From assembly GCF_009914755.1 (NCBI RefSeq), contig NC_060940.1: a stretch of 64,000 nucleotides of DNA, one strand, 5' to 3'. This document shows positions 42,538-54,750 of the stretch, piece by piece. Numbering within the stretch: the stretch's first letter is position 1; each line of letters starts with the position of its first letter. The translations under genes were made by a program, and so were the position numbers. The notes under the pieces were generated by a model, which searched no databases, had not been told where the DNA came from, and saw only the letters and a list, made by a program, of their open reading frames with translations. The stretch is from the human T2T-CHM13v2.0 reference genome, Homo sapiens.

Positions 42538-44129
42538 GATGCAAATGTTAATACCAAGCACATGAAGCCAACAGTGATCTTGTTCATAAATTATATTACT
42601 AATTTCTGGGTGCATACATACACACTCACAGAAATATATATTCTAAGAGAATGTATATCTGTCTATATATCAACATTTACGGTTTTTGTTTCTTATTTTA
42701 TAGGACTATTTTAAGAATCAAAATTACATTTATGTAGGCTTTAGCAACCCAACACATGCTGAATATACATAGTCATCATCAATATCATTATTGTTTCTAT
42801 TAATTAGAAAGCTGGCACTCAGTGCTTAAAGGAAATAAGAAAAATAAAGTAATCAAATACAGGAGAATTAACACTGTCATAAGAAGTAACCTAAAAAATG
42901 TTAAATCTAGTAAGTAAAGACAAAATATAAAGTAAAAGTTGGAGGTAGAATTATGTCATAAGAGCATAATGATGAAAATTGCAGAATCATATCATATTAA
43001 AATAAATCATTTGGCTTCTGGTTAAACAATGCCCATGATTAACTACCTCCAATGCAGTGTTTCTCAAATTCTCATAAAAGAAAAATAGATAAATATTCAT
43101 AGAAATAAAACATACAAGTTTGAAAAACAAGGACCAATTTCCCAGAACAAGCAATAGTCATCTAATGCCAGAAGCTAAAAAGAATCCTATATAATAGGCA
43201 CATTATTTTAAAAATTACTCAGATCCTGCTACATAAAATCGAAGTCTGCCCAAAACATGAAGGTAAGGTAGTTTATACTTCCTCTATCACTTTCCCCTGC
43301 CAAAAGCTAACAGAAAAGTGGATCGTTATCTCTCTCACAAGAGGGCTATTGTGAAGGTTGCTAGAATCCTATTATGTCTTCCTGTTCCAGTCTGTGCTGA
43401 CCTGTTTAAAGACAAGTTAATTGAGAGGGGAGAGACCTACATGGTTTTTCAAAATGATTTTATGGAAAAGCTGAATCTAATACCTACATCTTCTTCATAA
43501 AAAAACAAACAAAACAAAATAAATAAAATCTATGTCTTCTTTATTCCTGACACTACTGAAAAGTAAATTTCCCTTTGGTAACTGGCTAACAATGATTAAT
43601 AATAATAAAAATATAAAATCAAATTTTTATCCAAAACAAACTTATTGACATAATAGTCAGGCACTTATATGCTACCTTGATCTTACTTCTCATGGTAGAA
43701 TTCAGCCCATTATCTTCTTGAAAAAAATATGGCTTAATTATGTAGGAAATGATCAGAAATGCCCACGAACCAAATTATTCCTTAAAGAAATGTCAATTTT
43801 CAGCTTATTAAATAAATATTTCATTCTCGCCCAGCATTCCCGCACAGAATCTCCTACGCAAATGCAAGCAACATTTAAGAGTTTAAGACTAGTGCAGAAA
43901 GCATGTAACAGATGACATTTAGAAACCCACTTCAAAGTAAATATTTCATTTGAAAAGAAAAACAGAGAGGAGGTAGAGACACAGATGAATGATAGTTTAA
44001 ACACACTCTCGTGTCCACAGAGGTCATCATTCATGCCATCCATAACTGTTGACACTAAAATACATATTTATCTGTCTCCTTTCTATGCTTTGAAAGCTCT
44101 TAAAACTACATGCTGAGCACTTTGAATTC

Positions 44130-44375
44130 TTTGGAGCATAGACTAATTAAGAGGCAGTCTCTGCAGTCAGGCTTGTGGGTTCCCTCTCTTTTATACTCGT
44201 GAAGCCCTGGGGATAATATGTAACCTCCCTGTGCCTTGCCTTTTCTCATCTAGGCAATGGGGATACAAAGAAATCTCACCTTACAGAGCTGTTGTGAAGA
44301 TTTAAGGACTTAATAAATAAAAGTCACTTATAGTCATGCCTGAAGATGCATACTGAGGTCTTTATAAAAGTTATC
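44130..44375 (+). mobile_element. MIR SINE
   Basis: taacctccctgtgccttgccttttctcatctaggcaatggggata...ttacagagctgttgtgaagatttaa. Confidence 0.75.
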
Positions 44376-45367
44376 TATTCTTTTAGCTTCCCAGAGCCCA
44401 GAACAATGTCTGGCCTAGTGTATATTTTCTCGATTTATCTTTCTCTCAACTCAATGTTTTGCTTTATTTTTGAGTTCTCTTTACCGTCTTGAGTTTTCTC
44501 CACTACGCTGAGAAAGATAAAGGGCTATGACACTCTAAAACAGATACCTTGAGTAGGTAAGGACACTGTCTCCTCTTTTATGCTAGAGTGCAGGAGGCAA
44601 TCAAAGAAAGAGTATTGTTGGAAAAACTAACTGTAAAACCAGACTAACCAGACTGTCTCTTCTATCTGAATCTGTCATGCAGATGAGGTTTTCACTTCTA
44701 AAAATCTATCAATTTTAGGAATTTACCAATGGGATGGAACTTGGTGAAAGCAATAAACATGGAAATATGCTATTTCTTTATACGAGTCCAGCAAAGGGAA
44801 GGCAAGAGGTGAAGGTGGTTTCTGAAGTGTTACCTGTGTAACTCTGGAGCAGATATTGTCTCCCCAGTGCTAGCTACTCAATACATGCTGAACAGAACAG
44901 ACTTTGGAGTTGGTTGGGCATGAACAATGTCAGGGCCAACCATGAGCATCCTTCCTATCTGAATACGTTGTTCAGCACTTGGTCAAGAGCACAACATATG
45001 TTAGCAGCTCTGTAAATACAAACTCTGTGAGCCTCCACAATATATGATGTGTATTGCACATCATGTATTGACCAACCTACTGAACCCCAAATATTTTGAC
45101 CAACCTACAACTTGGTGAAAACTCCAAGTACTGAGTGCAAAATTTAGCTTCCTGTGGTATCAAAAGTACCTGCGCAACATCTGACCCCATTTCCTACTAT
45201 CTCTGGTTTTCCAAATGTACACATTTTCTTCTCTTTAACTAGGTTTATTATTACCCTGATTGTTCAAAAATTCAGGCCTGCAGCAAAAAGGAGTAAACAA
45301 TTTCAGCAACAGCAATCTTTTCCAGACCCCAATGTCATACTAACTATTGAAACAGAGTTCAAACTCT

Positions 45368-46780
45368 TTTTTATTTTACAGTTTTCTTGAGGTATAGTGG
45401 ATATAAAAAATAACTACATATATCTAATGTATATCATTTGATGAGTTTGGACATACATATACACCCTTGATATTCTCACCACTTTGAAGAATATAGATAT
45501 ATTCACTATGTACAAACATTTGTGTGTGTGTGCATGTGTGTATTCCTTCACTTTGTGTGTTTCTGTGCATGTGTGATAACAACACTTAACATAAGATCTA
45601 CCCTTTTAAGATATTTTTAAGCACAATGCCATATTGTTATATATAGGAATACAGCAAATAGCTAGAATTTATTTATTTTGTGTAACTGCAGTTTTCTACA
45701 CATTGAACAACAGCTTCCCATTTCTCACCTCCCCTATATCCCGGAAATCCCCATTCTATTTTCTGCATTTAAGAGTTTAATGTAAGCAGAATCATGTAGC
45801 ATTTGTCCTTCTATGACTGACTTATTTTATTTAGCATAATGTCTTCCAGATCAATCTATATTGTTGCAAACATAGAGTACCCCCTTTTTAGGCCAAATAT
45901 AATATGTCATTGTATATATATGCCACATTTTCTTTATTCATTAATCCACTGCTAGACATTTGGGTTGCTTTTATGTCTTGGTTGCAAAAAATTATGCAGT
46001 GAAAACTGAGTGTATATATCTCTTTGAGATCCTGATTTTAATTATTTTGGATATAAACCCAGACATGGGATTGCTGAATTATATACTAGCTCTACTTTTA
46101 AGTATTTTTTTCTGAGGAACTTCCATAATATTTTCCATAGCAGCTACATCATTTTACATTCTCACCAACAGTGTGCAAGAACTATTTCTGCACAATATCA
46201 ACAACAATTTTATCTTATCATTATATTATTTTTTATAACAGCCATCCCAACAGGTGTGAGGTAATATCCCATTGTGGTTTTGATTTGCATTTCCCTCATG
46301 TTGGCATTATTGAACACCTTTTCATACACCTGTATGCTTTTATTTATGTCTTCTTTGGAGAAATGTCTATTTAAGTCCTTTGCCCATTTTTGAAGCATGC
46401 TATTTGGTTTTTTGTTATGGAGGTGTAGGAGTTCCTTAGATATTTTGGAAATTAACCCATTATTTGATATATACGGTTTTCAAATATTGTCTCCCATTGT
46501 GTAGGTTGCCTTTATACCTACAGAATATTTCCTCTGCCATGTAAAAGTTTTTAATTTGATGTAGTCTAACTTGTATATTTTTGCTTTTGTTCCTGTGCTT
46601 TTGGTATCATATCTATGAAATAATTATCAAAACCAGTGTTCTGAAACTTTTTCTCTATGCTCCCTTCTACGAGTTTACACTTTGAGGTTTTAAGTATTTA
46701 AATTATTTAAGTTGATTTTTGTATATGACAAAAGATAGGAGTTCAAAAGATAGGAGTTCAATTTCATTACTTTGTCTAAA
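45368..46780 (-). mobile_element. L1MA-type 3' portion (antisense)
   Basis: T-rich start; ORF 46210..46398 [14 protein letters not shown]...REMQIKTTM is L1 ORF2. 15-bp tandem duplication at 46729-46758. Confidence 0.85.
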
Positions 46781-47234
46781 AAGAGTAAATAAAGTAAATT
46801 ATTCTTATCCTTACGTATACCTAGAGTTTATGGTTAGTCCTTAAATCTTTATTCCTGGTAGTACCCCTTCCGGTAATCAGAGATTCTACACTTAGGTTCT
46901 GCTGTATTCTTCTAAGAAGGCTTTTGCATCAATGAAGTGCATCTAATACAAAAAGACTGCAAGAAATTAAAATAAAATAAATACATCAAGGCCTTGTCAA
47001 GAATTTACTATATGGAGATCACCAGTCCTGTAGGAAAAATAGGCCTATTTTCTATCTTCAAGAAGATCATGCCCTAACTGTGGAGTTGAGTTTGCAAAAA
47101 CACTCTACTAAGTCTCATTTAATGTCATCGTCAGTTTCCTCCATTAGGTTTTAAGCCTTTTGATAGCAGTGTATAAGGTATTCATCTGAATGTGCTATAC
47201 TAAGCAATTGTCCTGTAAAATTGCAGGATTTACT

Positions 47235-47895
47235 AATTTACTCAGCAAATAATTTTGAGCTATAGCAAACAGGATAGAGATGCATATGGAAAAAACAATA
47301 CACAAAACCCTGCCCTAATGGAGCATACCTGCTGGCAGGAGGATGGTTATATGTGAAGACAAAAAATGTCTAAATAATTAGCATGTTAAATTAATTAGTG
47401 TGTGACAAAGTTATACGTGTTGTTATAGAAAAAAATGTTGAAATGTAGATTAGAGTAATATGGATCAGAAAAAGAGAAAAGAGGCGAGCTTATAATGCTA
47501 AATGAGATGTTGTCAAGGTAGACTTCATAGAGAAGTGACAAATGAGCAAATATTTGCAGGAGATGTTAACAAAGGAGGTTGGGAGGAGGGAGAAGATCCT
47601 ATCCACATAGTGATATTATCCAGTGCAAAAACTCTCAGGATAGAGAATGACTGAAATGTTTGTGTAAGATTAGAAAGGTCAATGTAGCTGAAGTAGAGTT
47701 AGCAATAGTAAGAATAAGTTTAGAAAGAAAATAGTAGAGAAAATCTCTATAGGCATGTAGGCCATTATTAGTAGAAACTTGATTTTATCTCTGAAGGAAG
47801 TGGAAGTCATTGCTGCATTTTGAGCAGAGAAATGTATGACTGTTGTACTAATTTAAAGGTACTGTTGGCAATATTATGTTTAGATGAAGAAAGGA
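47235..47895 (-). mobile_element. L2 LINE, left part of a split element
   Basis: ttactcagcaaataattttgagc...aaaccctgccctaatggagcatac...gcattttgagcagagaaatgtatgac. Confidence 0.7.
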
Positions 47896-47938
47896 AGCCA
47901 TTTTTACCTTACCCCACCATAAAAAGTAAATATAAGTA

Positions 47939-50770
47939 CAGGTTGAGAATCCCTAAACCAAAAATCCAAACCCCAAATGTTTCAAAATCTGAAATTTTTT
48001 GAGCACCGACATGACGTCACAAGTGGAAAATTCCACACCTGGCCTCCTGTGATTGGTTGCAGTCAAAACACAAGCTCACAACATGCAGTTTATTAAGCAT
48101 TCCCAAGGGAAAATAGACCCTCCCACAGCCTTTCAGCTGGGTATGTCTTTGCTGTACACCACAAGTCTCCCTCACGAAAGCATGCCCACAAAGGCTAATA
48201 CAATATCATATGTGCTGGGCAGAGCAACTAATGGCATGTCCCTCACAAAGATGCACACGGGACCAAGATCTAAATGCATCACTCACTTTGCTCTGTGGTA
48301 TAAAGATACTCTCATTTATGGGTAACAGTGATAAGAAAAGTAGGAAGTGTTTATATTTATCTATAGCACAGAAATGAAACTGTTGGAAAAACTGGACAAT
48401 AATGTAAGTATAAAACATTCTACAGAAGAATATGGTTTTGCAATGACCACCATATAGGGTCTGAAGAAATCAGAGTTATAAACTGTCGAAGTCCTATGCT
48501 AAAAGTGATAAACATAATTTAATAAAAAGCAGAAAAGTACTGAATAAAGTTTAAAATGAAGATCATCATGTATTGAAAGAGTGAATTTATTAACATCACA
48601 GTGAACACATGCCACCTAAGGGTAAGCTGATAATGAAATAAGCAAAGACCTATTATGATAAATTGAAAATTGAAGGGAACTGTAAATATTCAACAGGCTG
48701 GTTGTAGAATTTTAAGAAAAGACACAAAATAATGTTTGTAAAGATTTGTGGTAATAAAGTGTCAACTGACCATAAAATAGTACTGAAATTCATTTATGAG
48801 TTTGCCAAAGTCATCGCTGATTAAAATCTGACACCAGACTGGGTGAAATGACTCACACCTGTAATCCCAGCACTTTGGGAGGTCAAAGTGGGTGGATCAC
48901 TTGAAGCCAAGATTTGATAACAGCCTGACCTACATGGCAAAACCCCGTCTCTACTGAAAAATACAAAAAAGTTAGCAAGGTGTGGTGGTGTGTGCCTGTA
49001 ATCCCAGTTACTTAGGAGGCTGAGGTGGGAGGATTGTTGAACCCAGGAGGTGGAGGTTGCAGTGAGCTGAGATTGTGCCACTGCACTCTAGCTTGGGTGA
49101 CAGAGCGAGACTCTGTCTCAAAAGGAAAAAAAAAAAAAAAAAGAAAAGAAAATCTGACACCAGAACAAGTCTATAATGCTGATGAAACATCACTGTTTTG
49201 ATGTTATTGCTCCAGAAAGATACTGACTACAGCTGATGAGACAGCCCCTACAGGAATTAAAAATGCCAAGGACTGAATATCTGTGTTGGGATTTGTTTCA
49301 CAAACATTTTCTACCAGCAGCTCATGCTAACTGCAGGGAAGCTGGACTGGATGATAACTGCAAGGTTTTATCTCTTCATAACTGTTCTGTTCATCATTCA
49401 GCTGAACTTCTCATAAAAAATAATGGTTATGCCATGTGGTTTCTTCCAAATATGACTTCGTTAATTCAGCCATGTGGCCATGGTATACTTACATTAATGA
49501 AGAGTAAATATGAAATCACTTTCTTGAACAGCATGCTAGCATCAGTGAACAGAGGCACGGATGTGGAAGAATTTCAAAAGGAGCTTAGCATGAAGGGTGG
49601 TATGCATACTGTTGCTAGCATGCGGAACACAGTGGATACAGACAGTTGTGTATGCCAGGCATAACCTCTGGCCTGCAACCAAGTTCAATGATGATGTGAA
49701 CAAGAAGGTGACTGAAGGATTCCATATGTCCAGTGAGAAAAGAAAAATGATGTCTGACTTCCTTACATGTACAAAATTTTTATCTTCAGGGTGTCTGTAA
49801 GCTGGAAGAAGTAGATATCAAAGAAAATTTTAACATTGATAATGAGGCTCTATTTGTTTGTTTATTGACTAATGGTGAAATAGCTGAGGTGGTTCTGCAT
49901 CAAGGTGATTGTTGTAAGAGTGACTATAAACATGACATTGTTTAACTCTGCAGAAAAAGTGCCTCATGATAAAAATTTGTGGTGGGTTTATTGAAGGACT
50001 ATAGCAATGTGCATTTATAACAGAACAAGAAATTATGTCAATTTATAAAATCAAAGAGTGACATCTAAGACAAACATGTTAATGAGGTAGATAATTCATA
50101 GATGACTCTGGAGGAAGCATTTTAAAAAGCCCTTCCAGCAGAATTCCTCCTCATCCCTACAGCACCCACTTCCTGATACCTCAACTGTTTCTGATGTTTC
50201 TTATCACCAAAAACAATAAAGAATAAAATGCATAGTATAGTAACCTTTCAATCAAAACACAGCACTGGATGTGGAGATTGAAAGCCTGCCATTGTTCATT
50301 GTTGCTATTGTTTGACAGGAGATACAGATATTTTGGTGATGTTACTATGCTGTTTAGTGAACTGGAACACATTATTTTTCACTATATTAATACTATGTCA
50401 TATATTTTACTGTTAAGCATTTACCTGTGAATAATTATTAAACAATGATTGCTTATCAGTAGCATATAAATTCAGAGTCAGGAATGATGATAATGCCAAA
50501 AACCACAGATTGCCCACATTGTTGACTAGATAATGACACCTTTGCTTTCTGATGGTTCAATGTACAAAACTTTGTTTCATGCCCAAAATTAATAAAAAGT
50601 ATTTTATAAGATGATCTTCAGCATATAAAATATAAAATAAATTTTGTGTCTGGACTTGGGTCCAATCCCCATGAAATCTCATTATGTATATGCAATATCC
50701 AAAATTTAAAAACGTACAAATTCAAAACTATTTTGGTATCAAATATTTCAGATAAAGGATATCCATATTG
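47939..50770 (+). mobile_element. Near-full-length Tigger4 (Zombi) DNA transposon with decayed pogo-family transposase
   Basis: TA|caggttgagaatccctaaaccaaaaatcc start and degenerate end cagataaaggatatccatattg|[11 protein letters not shown] at about 49169-49195 and WFLPNMTSLIQPC in ORF 49236..49664 are pogo DDE-domain motifs. Confidence 0.9.
48837..49148 (+). mobile_element. Alu (Jb/Sz-like) inserted in Tigger4
   Basis: Perfect 14-bp TSD AAAATCTGACACCA at 48823-48836 and 49149-49162, at a TT/AAAA endonuclease site. Confidence 0.95.
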
Positions 50771-51249
50771 TATATATGAATCAATAAATATCAAGACTCT
50801 AGACACCAGGTAATAAGGAACAGTAAGCACTCAAAGATGAAAATCAAATGAGGCAAACCTAACCATGTTAACCAGCTTACTGCAATGAGAGAGTTTCCAT
50901 GAAGAGAGCATTGGTGAGCTCTGGAAAAAAATTCAAGAAACTTAATATACTTTAATGGGAGTTTCCAGAGAGGAATAAGAGTATGGAAAAGAAAAAAAAG
51001 GCTCAAAAGATTCAAATTTGGTAACAGATATAAGTCCATGGATAAAAAGAAGTCAAGTAAAAACCAGCAAAGAAAAATGTCACAAAATACAACATAAAGA
51101 CACACAGTATCAAGTTTCCCCAAGCCAGTAAAATAGAAATAATCTAAAAGTATGCAGAGAAGTTTATATACAGAGAAACAAAGTTAAAACTAACAGCCAA
51201 TTTCTTATCAGAAACAAGGCAAGTAAAAAGAGAGTGAAACAACTAGAGC

Positions 51250-51455
51250 AATGAGAGAGAAGAGAAAAGAAAAGACAAGGGGAGGAGAGGCGAGGAGAAG
51301 AGGAGAAAAGAATAGATAAGAAGAGAAAAAATGAGGAGAGAAAAGAGGAGAGGATGAGAGAGGGGAGGTAAGGAAAGGAGAGAAGAGAAGAGGAGAGGAG
51401 GAGAGGAGAGGATCGGAACGGAAAGGAGAGGAGAGGAGAGGAGAGGAGCGGAGAG
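51250..51455. repeat. Polypurine (GGAGA/GA-rich) tract
   Basis: About 200 bp almost entirely G/A. Confidence 0.9.
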
Positions 51456-52338
51456 ACCATCAACCTATACTCAGTGAAAATATTTTTTCTAAAAAGCAGA
51501 CAATAAAAAGACTTATTCAGATGAATATAAGCTGGAAGTATTCATTGCCAGAAGACTGAGCAGCCTTGTATTTTAAGAATTGTTAAAGAAGACTTTCTCA
51601 GAAAGAAAATGTTATATGGAAATACAGATCTACAAACAGGAGCAAAGGATATAAAAATAGCAGCTATGTGTGTAAACACTTAGGGAAAACATAATACCAA
51701 CTCTAAATAATCTCTTTCAGATATCTAAACAGCAAACACTTTTTCCAACTCAATTTGTGATTACATTGCTATTAAAACTAAACAAATTCATTACAAAAAA
51801 TAGAATCTAATAATATACAGAAGACTAATTCATAATGACCAAGTGGTATTCAATCTAATTTAATTTAACACATTAATTTAAATTAATGGCATTAAATTTA
51901 ATATAAGTTTCAACTATAATTTAAAAATTAGTAATAAAATGTACTATTTTAATTTGTTAATAATTTTAAAAGAAAAACAACATATACACATCTAATAAAT
52001 ACAGAAAAAACATTGACAGACTTCAACAATTATTCCTAAACAAAACAAAACAGATCATACTTAATGGATAAAAACTAAATTATCTTTCTCTAAGATCAGG
52101 AGCAGGATCAGGATGTCACCCCTTTTCTTTGTCACTGCTCTGGAGAGTCTAGCCAGTAAAATAAGGCAAGAAAATAAAACAGAGTAAAAAATGTGTATTC
52201 ACTTTGACAACATGATTGTCTGTGTAGAGAAACCCATTAAATCTACAAAAAGAGAGTAGAAACAATAAGAGAGTTTAGGAAGGTTATAGATTACAACCAA
52301 TATAAATACATAACTATATGTGTATGTAGTACATGTCT

Positions 52339-52645
52339 AGTCAGCCCTTCGTATCTGTGGGTTCCACATCCACAATGGCAAACAACCACTGATCAAAAAC
52401 ATTTAAAATATAAATTAACAATACAACAACAAAAAATATAAAACAAAAACCTATGTATTATAACAAATATTTTCATGGCATTGTATTGTATTCAGTATTA
52501 TAAGTAATCTAAAAATGATTTAAAGTATAACAGGAGGATGAATGTAGGTTATATGAAATTAATATGCCATTTTATATAAGGGACATGAACATCCACGGAT
52601 TTTTTCCTATCTGCAAGGGTACTGGAACGAATCCCCATACACAGA
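52339..52645 (-). mobile_element. MER2/MER2B (TcMar-Tigger), followed by (TA)n(CA)n at 52649-52690
   Basis: agtcagcccttcgtatctgtgggttccacatcc...gatttaaagtataacaggaggatg...ctggaacgaatcccc. Confidence 0.75.
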
Positions 52646-52648
52646 TGA

Positions 52649-52689
<41 letters not shown>

Positions 52690-52837
52690 TAAGAACTCTC
52701 AAAACTCAACAAGAAAGAAAACAATCTATAAAAACGGCAAAAATTTCAGAAGAGCCTTCTCCAAGGAACATACATGAATATCAAATAAGCACATAAGAAT
52801 GTCCTCAACACCACTAGTCATTATGGAAATGCAAATT

Positions 52838-53175
52838 CATTTATTTTTTTAATTGACACACAATAATTGTACATATTTATCAGGTGATATTTCAATATAT
52901 ATAATGTATAGCATATCCCTTGTCTCCAACATGTATCATGTCTTTGGTTAGGAACATTCAACATCCTCCTTTTAGCCATTTGAAACCATATGATATATTA
53001 CTGCTAACTATAGTTATCCTACAGTGTTGTAGAACCATATAACTTTTTCCTTCTAGTTAGCTATAATTTTGCATCTTTTAACAAATCTCTACGTATTCCT
53101 TCTTTCCCTCAATCCTTCCTACCCTCTAGTATCTTCTGTTCTATTTTTTATTTCTGTTGGAACCACCCTTTTTAA
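52838..53175 (-). mobile_element. Short L1MA 3' end inserted antisense in the older L1
   Basis: tttttttaattgacacacaataattgtacatattt... with a degenerate TSD ggaaatgcaaatt (52825-52837) / ggaattgtaaatt (53176-53188). Confidence 0.75.
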
Positions 53176-53257
53176 GGAATTGTAAATTTTAATCACAATG
53201 AAATAAAACTGCACACAGAGTAGAATGGCTAAAATTGAATAGACTGAGCATACCAAC

Positions 53258-53613
53258 TGTACTAGTCCATACTCATGCTGCTATAAAGAACTGCCTAAGA
53301 CTGGGTAATTTATAAAGGAAAGAGATTTAATTGACATAGTTCAGCATGGCTGCAAGACCTCATGAAACTTAACAATCATGGCGGAAAGAGAAGCAAACTC
53401 ATCCTTCTACATAAGGCAGCAGGAAAAAGAATGAGAGCCAAGTGAAGGGGGAAGACCCTTATAAAACTATCAGCTCTCCTGAGGACTTACTCACTATCAT
53501 AATAGCATGGGGAAACCTGCTCCCATGATTCAATTATTTCCCACCTAGACCCTCCCACCACATGTGGGGATTATGGGAACTACAATTCAAGATAAGATTT
53601 GTGTGGGAGCACA
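53258..53613 (-). mobile_element. THE1/MSTA (ERVL-MaLR) solo LTR
   Basis: tgtactagtccatactcatgctgctataaagaactgcctaagactgggtaatttataaaggaaagag...gattatgggaactacaattcaagat; CCAAC repeated at 53253-53257 and 53614-53618. Confidence 0.9.
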
Positions 53614-54054
53614 CCAACTTTTGGCTAAGATACTGAACAGTTAAGAGTTCTCAAATGCTACTGGTGGGCATAAAATAATGATACCACCACTTTGAAAAAG
53701 TATTCAGGAGTTCCTAAAAAGTTATCCACACACTGCTATATGATCCAGCCTTACTACTTATTCTGTTATTCAGAATAATAATGTATGGGGTAAAGAAAAC
53801 AATTTATTGGTTGGCTTTGAGGGAGGGAGGGATGAATGAGGGACCAATTACAAAGGTGTAGAAGACAACTTCTGAGGGTGATAGATCATTATTTTGATTG
53901 TGGTGATGGTCTTGCAGATGTATATTTATGTTAAAACATCTAATTATACAGTTTAATTATGTGTAGTTTATTACATGTAAACTAAAATTTGGCAGAGTTG
54001 GTAAAAGTAAACAAAATAAAGCAAAATATATTTGGTTGATATGTTTAAGTAAAC

Positions 54055-54480
54055 AAAGGCCAAATCGAGAAGACCAGTCAGAAAAGCAAAATCAATAGTC
54101 CAGGTCAGGAATTACAGTGGTTCAGATCAAAGCGGTTTTCATGCACTTTGGAGTGTAGTACCATGGTAAGATCTTAGATATATTTGTTAGAAGAACCAAT
54201 ATGATTTTCCAATAGATTAGATAACAGATTTGAGAGAAATAAATAAATACATTAAGTTTGTAGAAGTATTTTAAATATATATATATAGTAGTTAATGGAG
54301 ATAAAATGAAAGCAATTTTTGTTTTAGGGAAATCGTCAGGAGTTCCAACACTGAGAGGTTAATTTTAGATACCTATTAGATAACGGAATGGAGTTGCTTA
54401 GAAGACAATTGGATGTATAAGTTTCAAATTGAAGAGTGAAGTCTAGATGACAGATATAAAATTGGTAGTTGACATATAAA
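54055..54480 (-). mobile_element. L2 LINE, right part of the split element
   Basis: gagaagaccagtcagaaaagc...agtccaggtcagga...gagttgcttagaagacaattggatgtataagtttcaaattgaagagtgaagtctag continues L2 where 47895 stopped. Confidence 0.65.
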
Positions 54481-54489
54481 GATATAATG

Positions 54490-54750
54490 GTAATAATAAT
54501 AGTTATGACAGCTACTAGCATGTATTGAGTATTTGCTGAGTTCCAGGTGAAATGCTTTAAAAACATTTAAATCAATTTTCTCTGCAGCCATGTAAAGTCA
54601 GTATATTGAATTTGGCCCAAATGTTGCAGATGAGTAAACTACTGAAGCAGTTAAATTGTTCAGACTGGTACATGAAGGAGTAAGAGCTCATGGCACGTCT
54701 CTCTGAAATCAAAGGCTGAGGTCATAATCCTTAGACTGTTCTGTTACCCA
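54490..54750 (-). mobile_element. MIR SINE
   Basis: gacagctactagcatgtattgagtatttgctgagttccagg...ttgcagatgagtaaact. Confidence 0.6.

Larger units (their letters stand above)
50773..54030 (+). mobile_element. Fragmented old L1M (5' region, ORF2 pieces, 3' end) hosting younger inserts
   Basis: ctaagatcaggagcaggatcaggatgtc, gacaacatgattgtctgtgtagagaaaccc and ttttgattgtggtgatggt...tttaattatgtgtagtttattacatgt are L1 motifs in collinear order. Confidence 0.7.
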
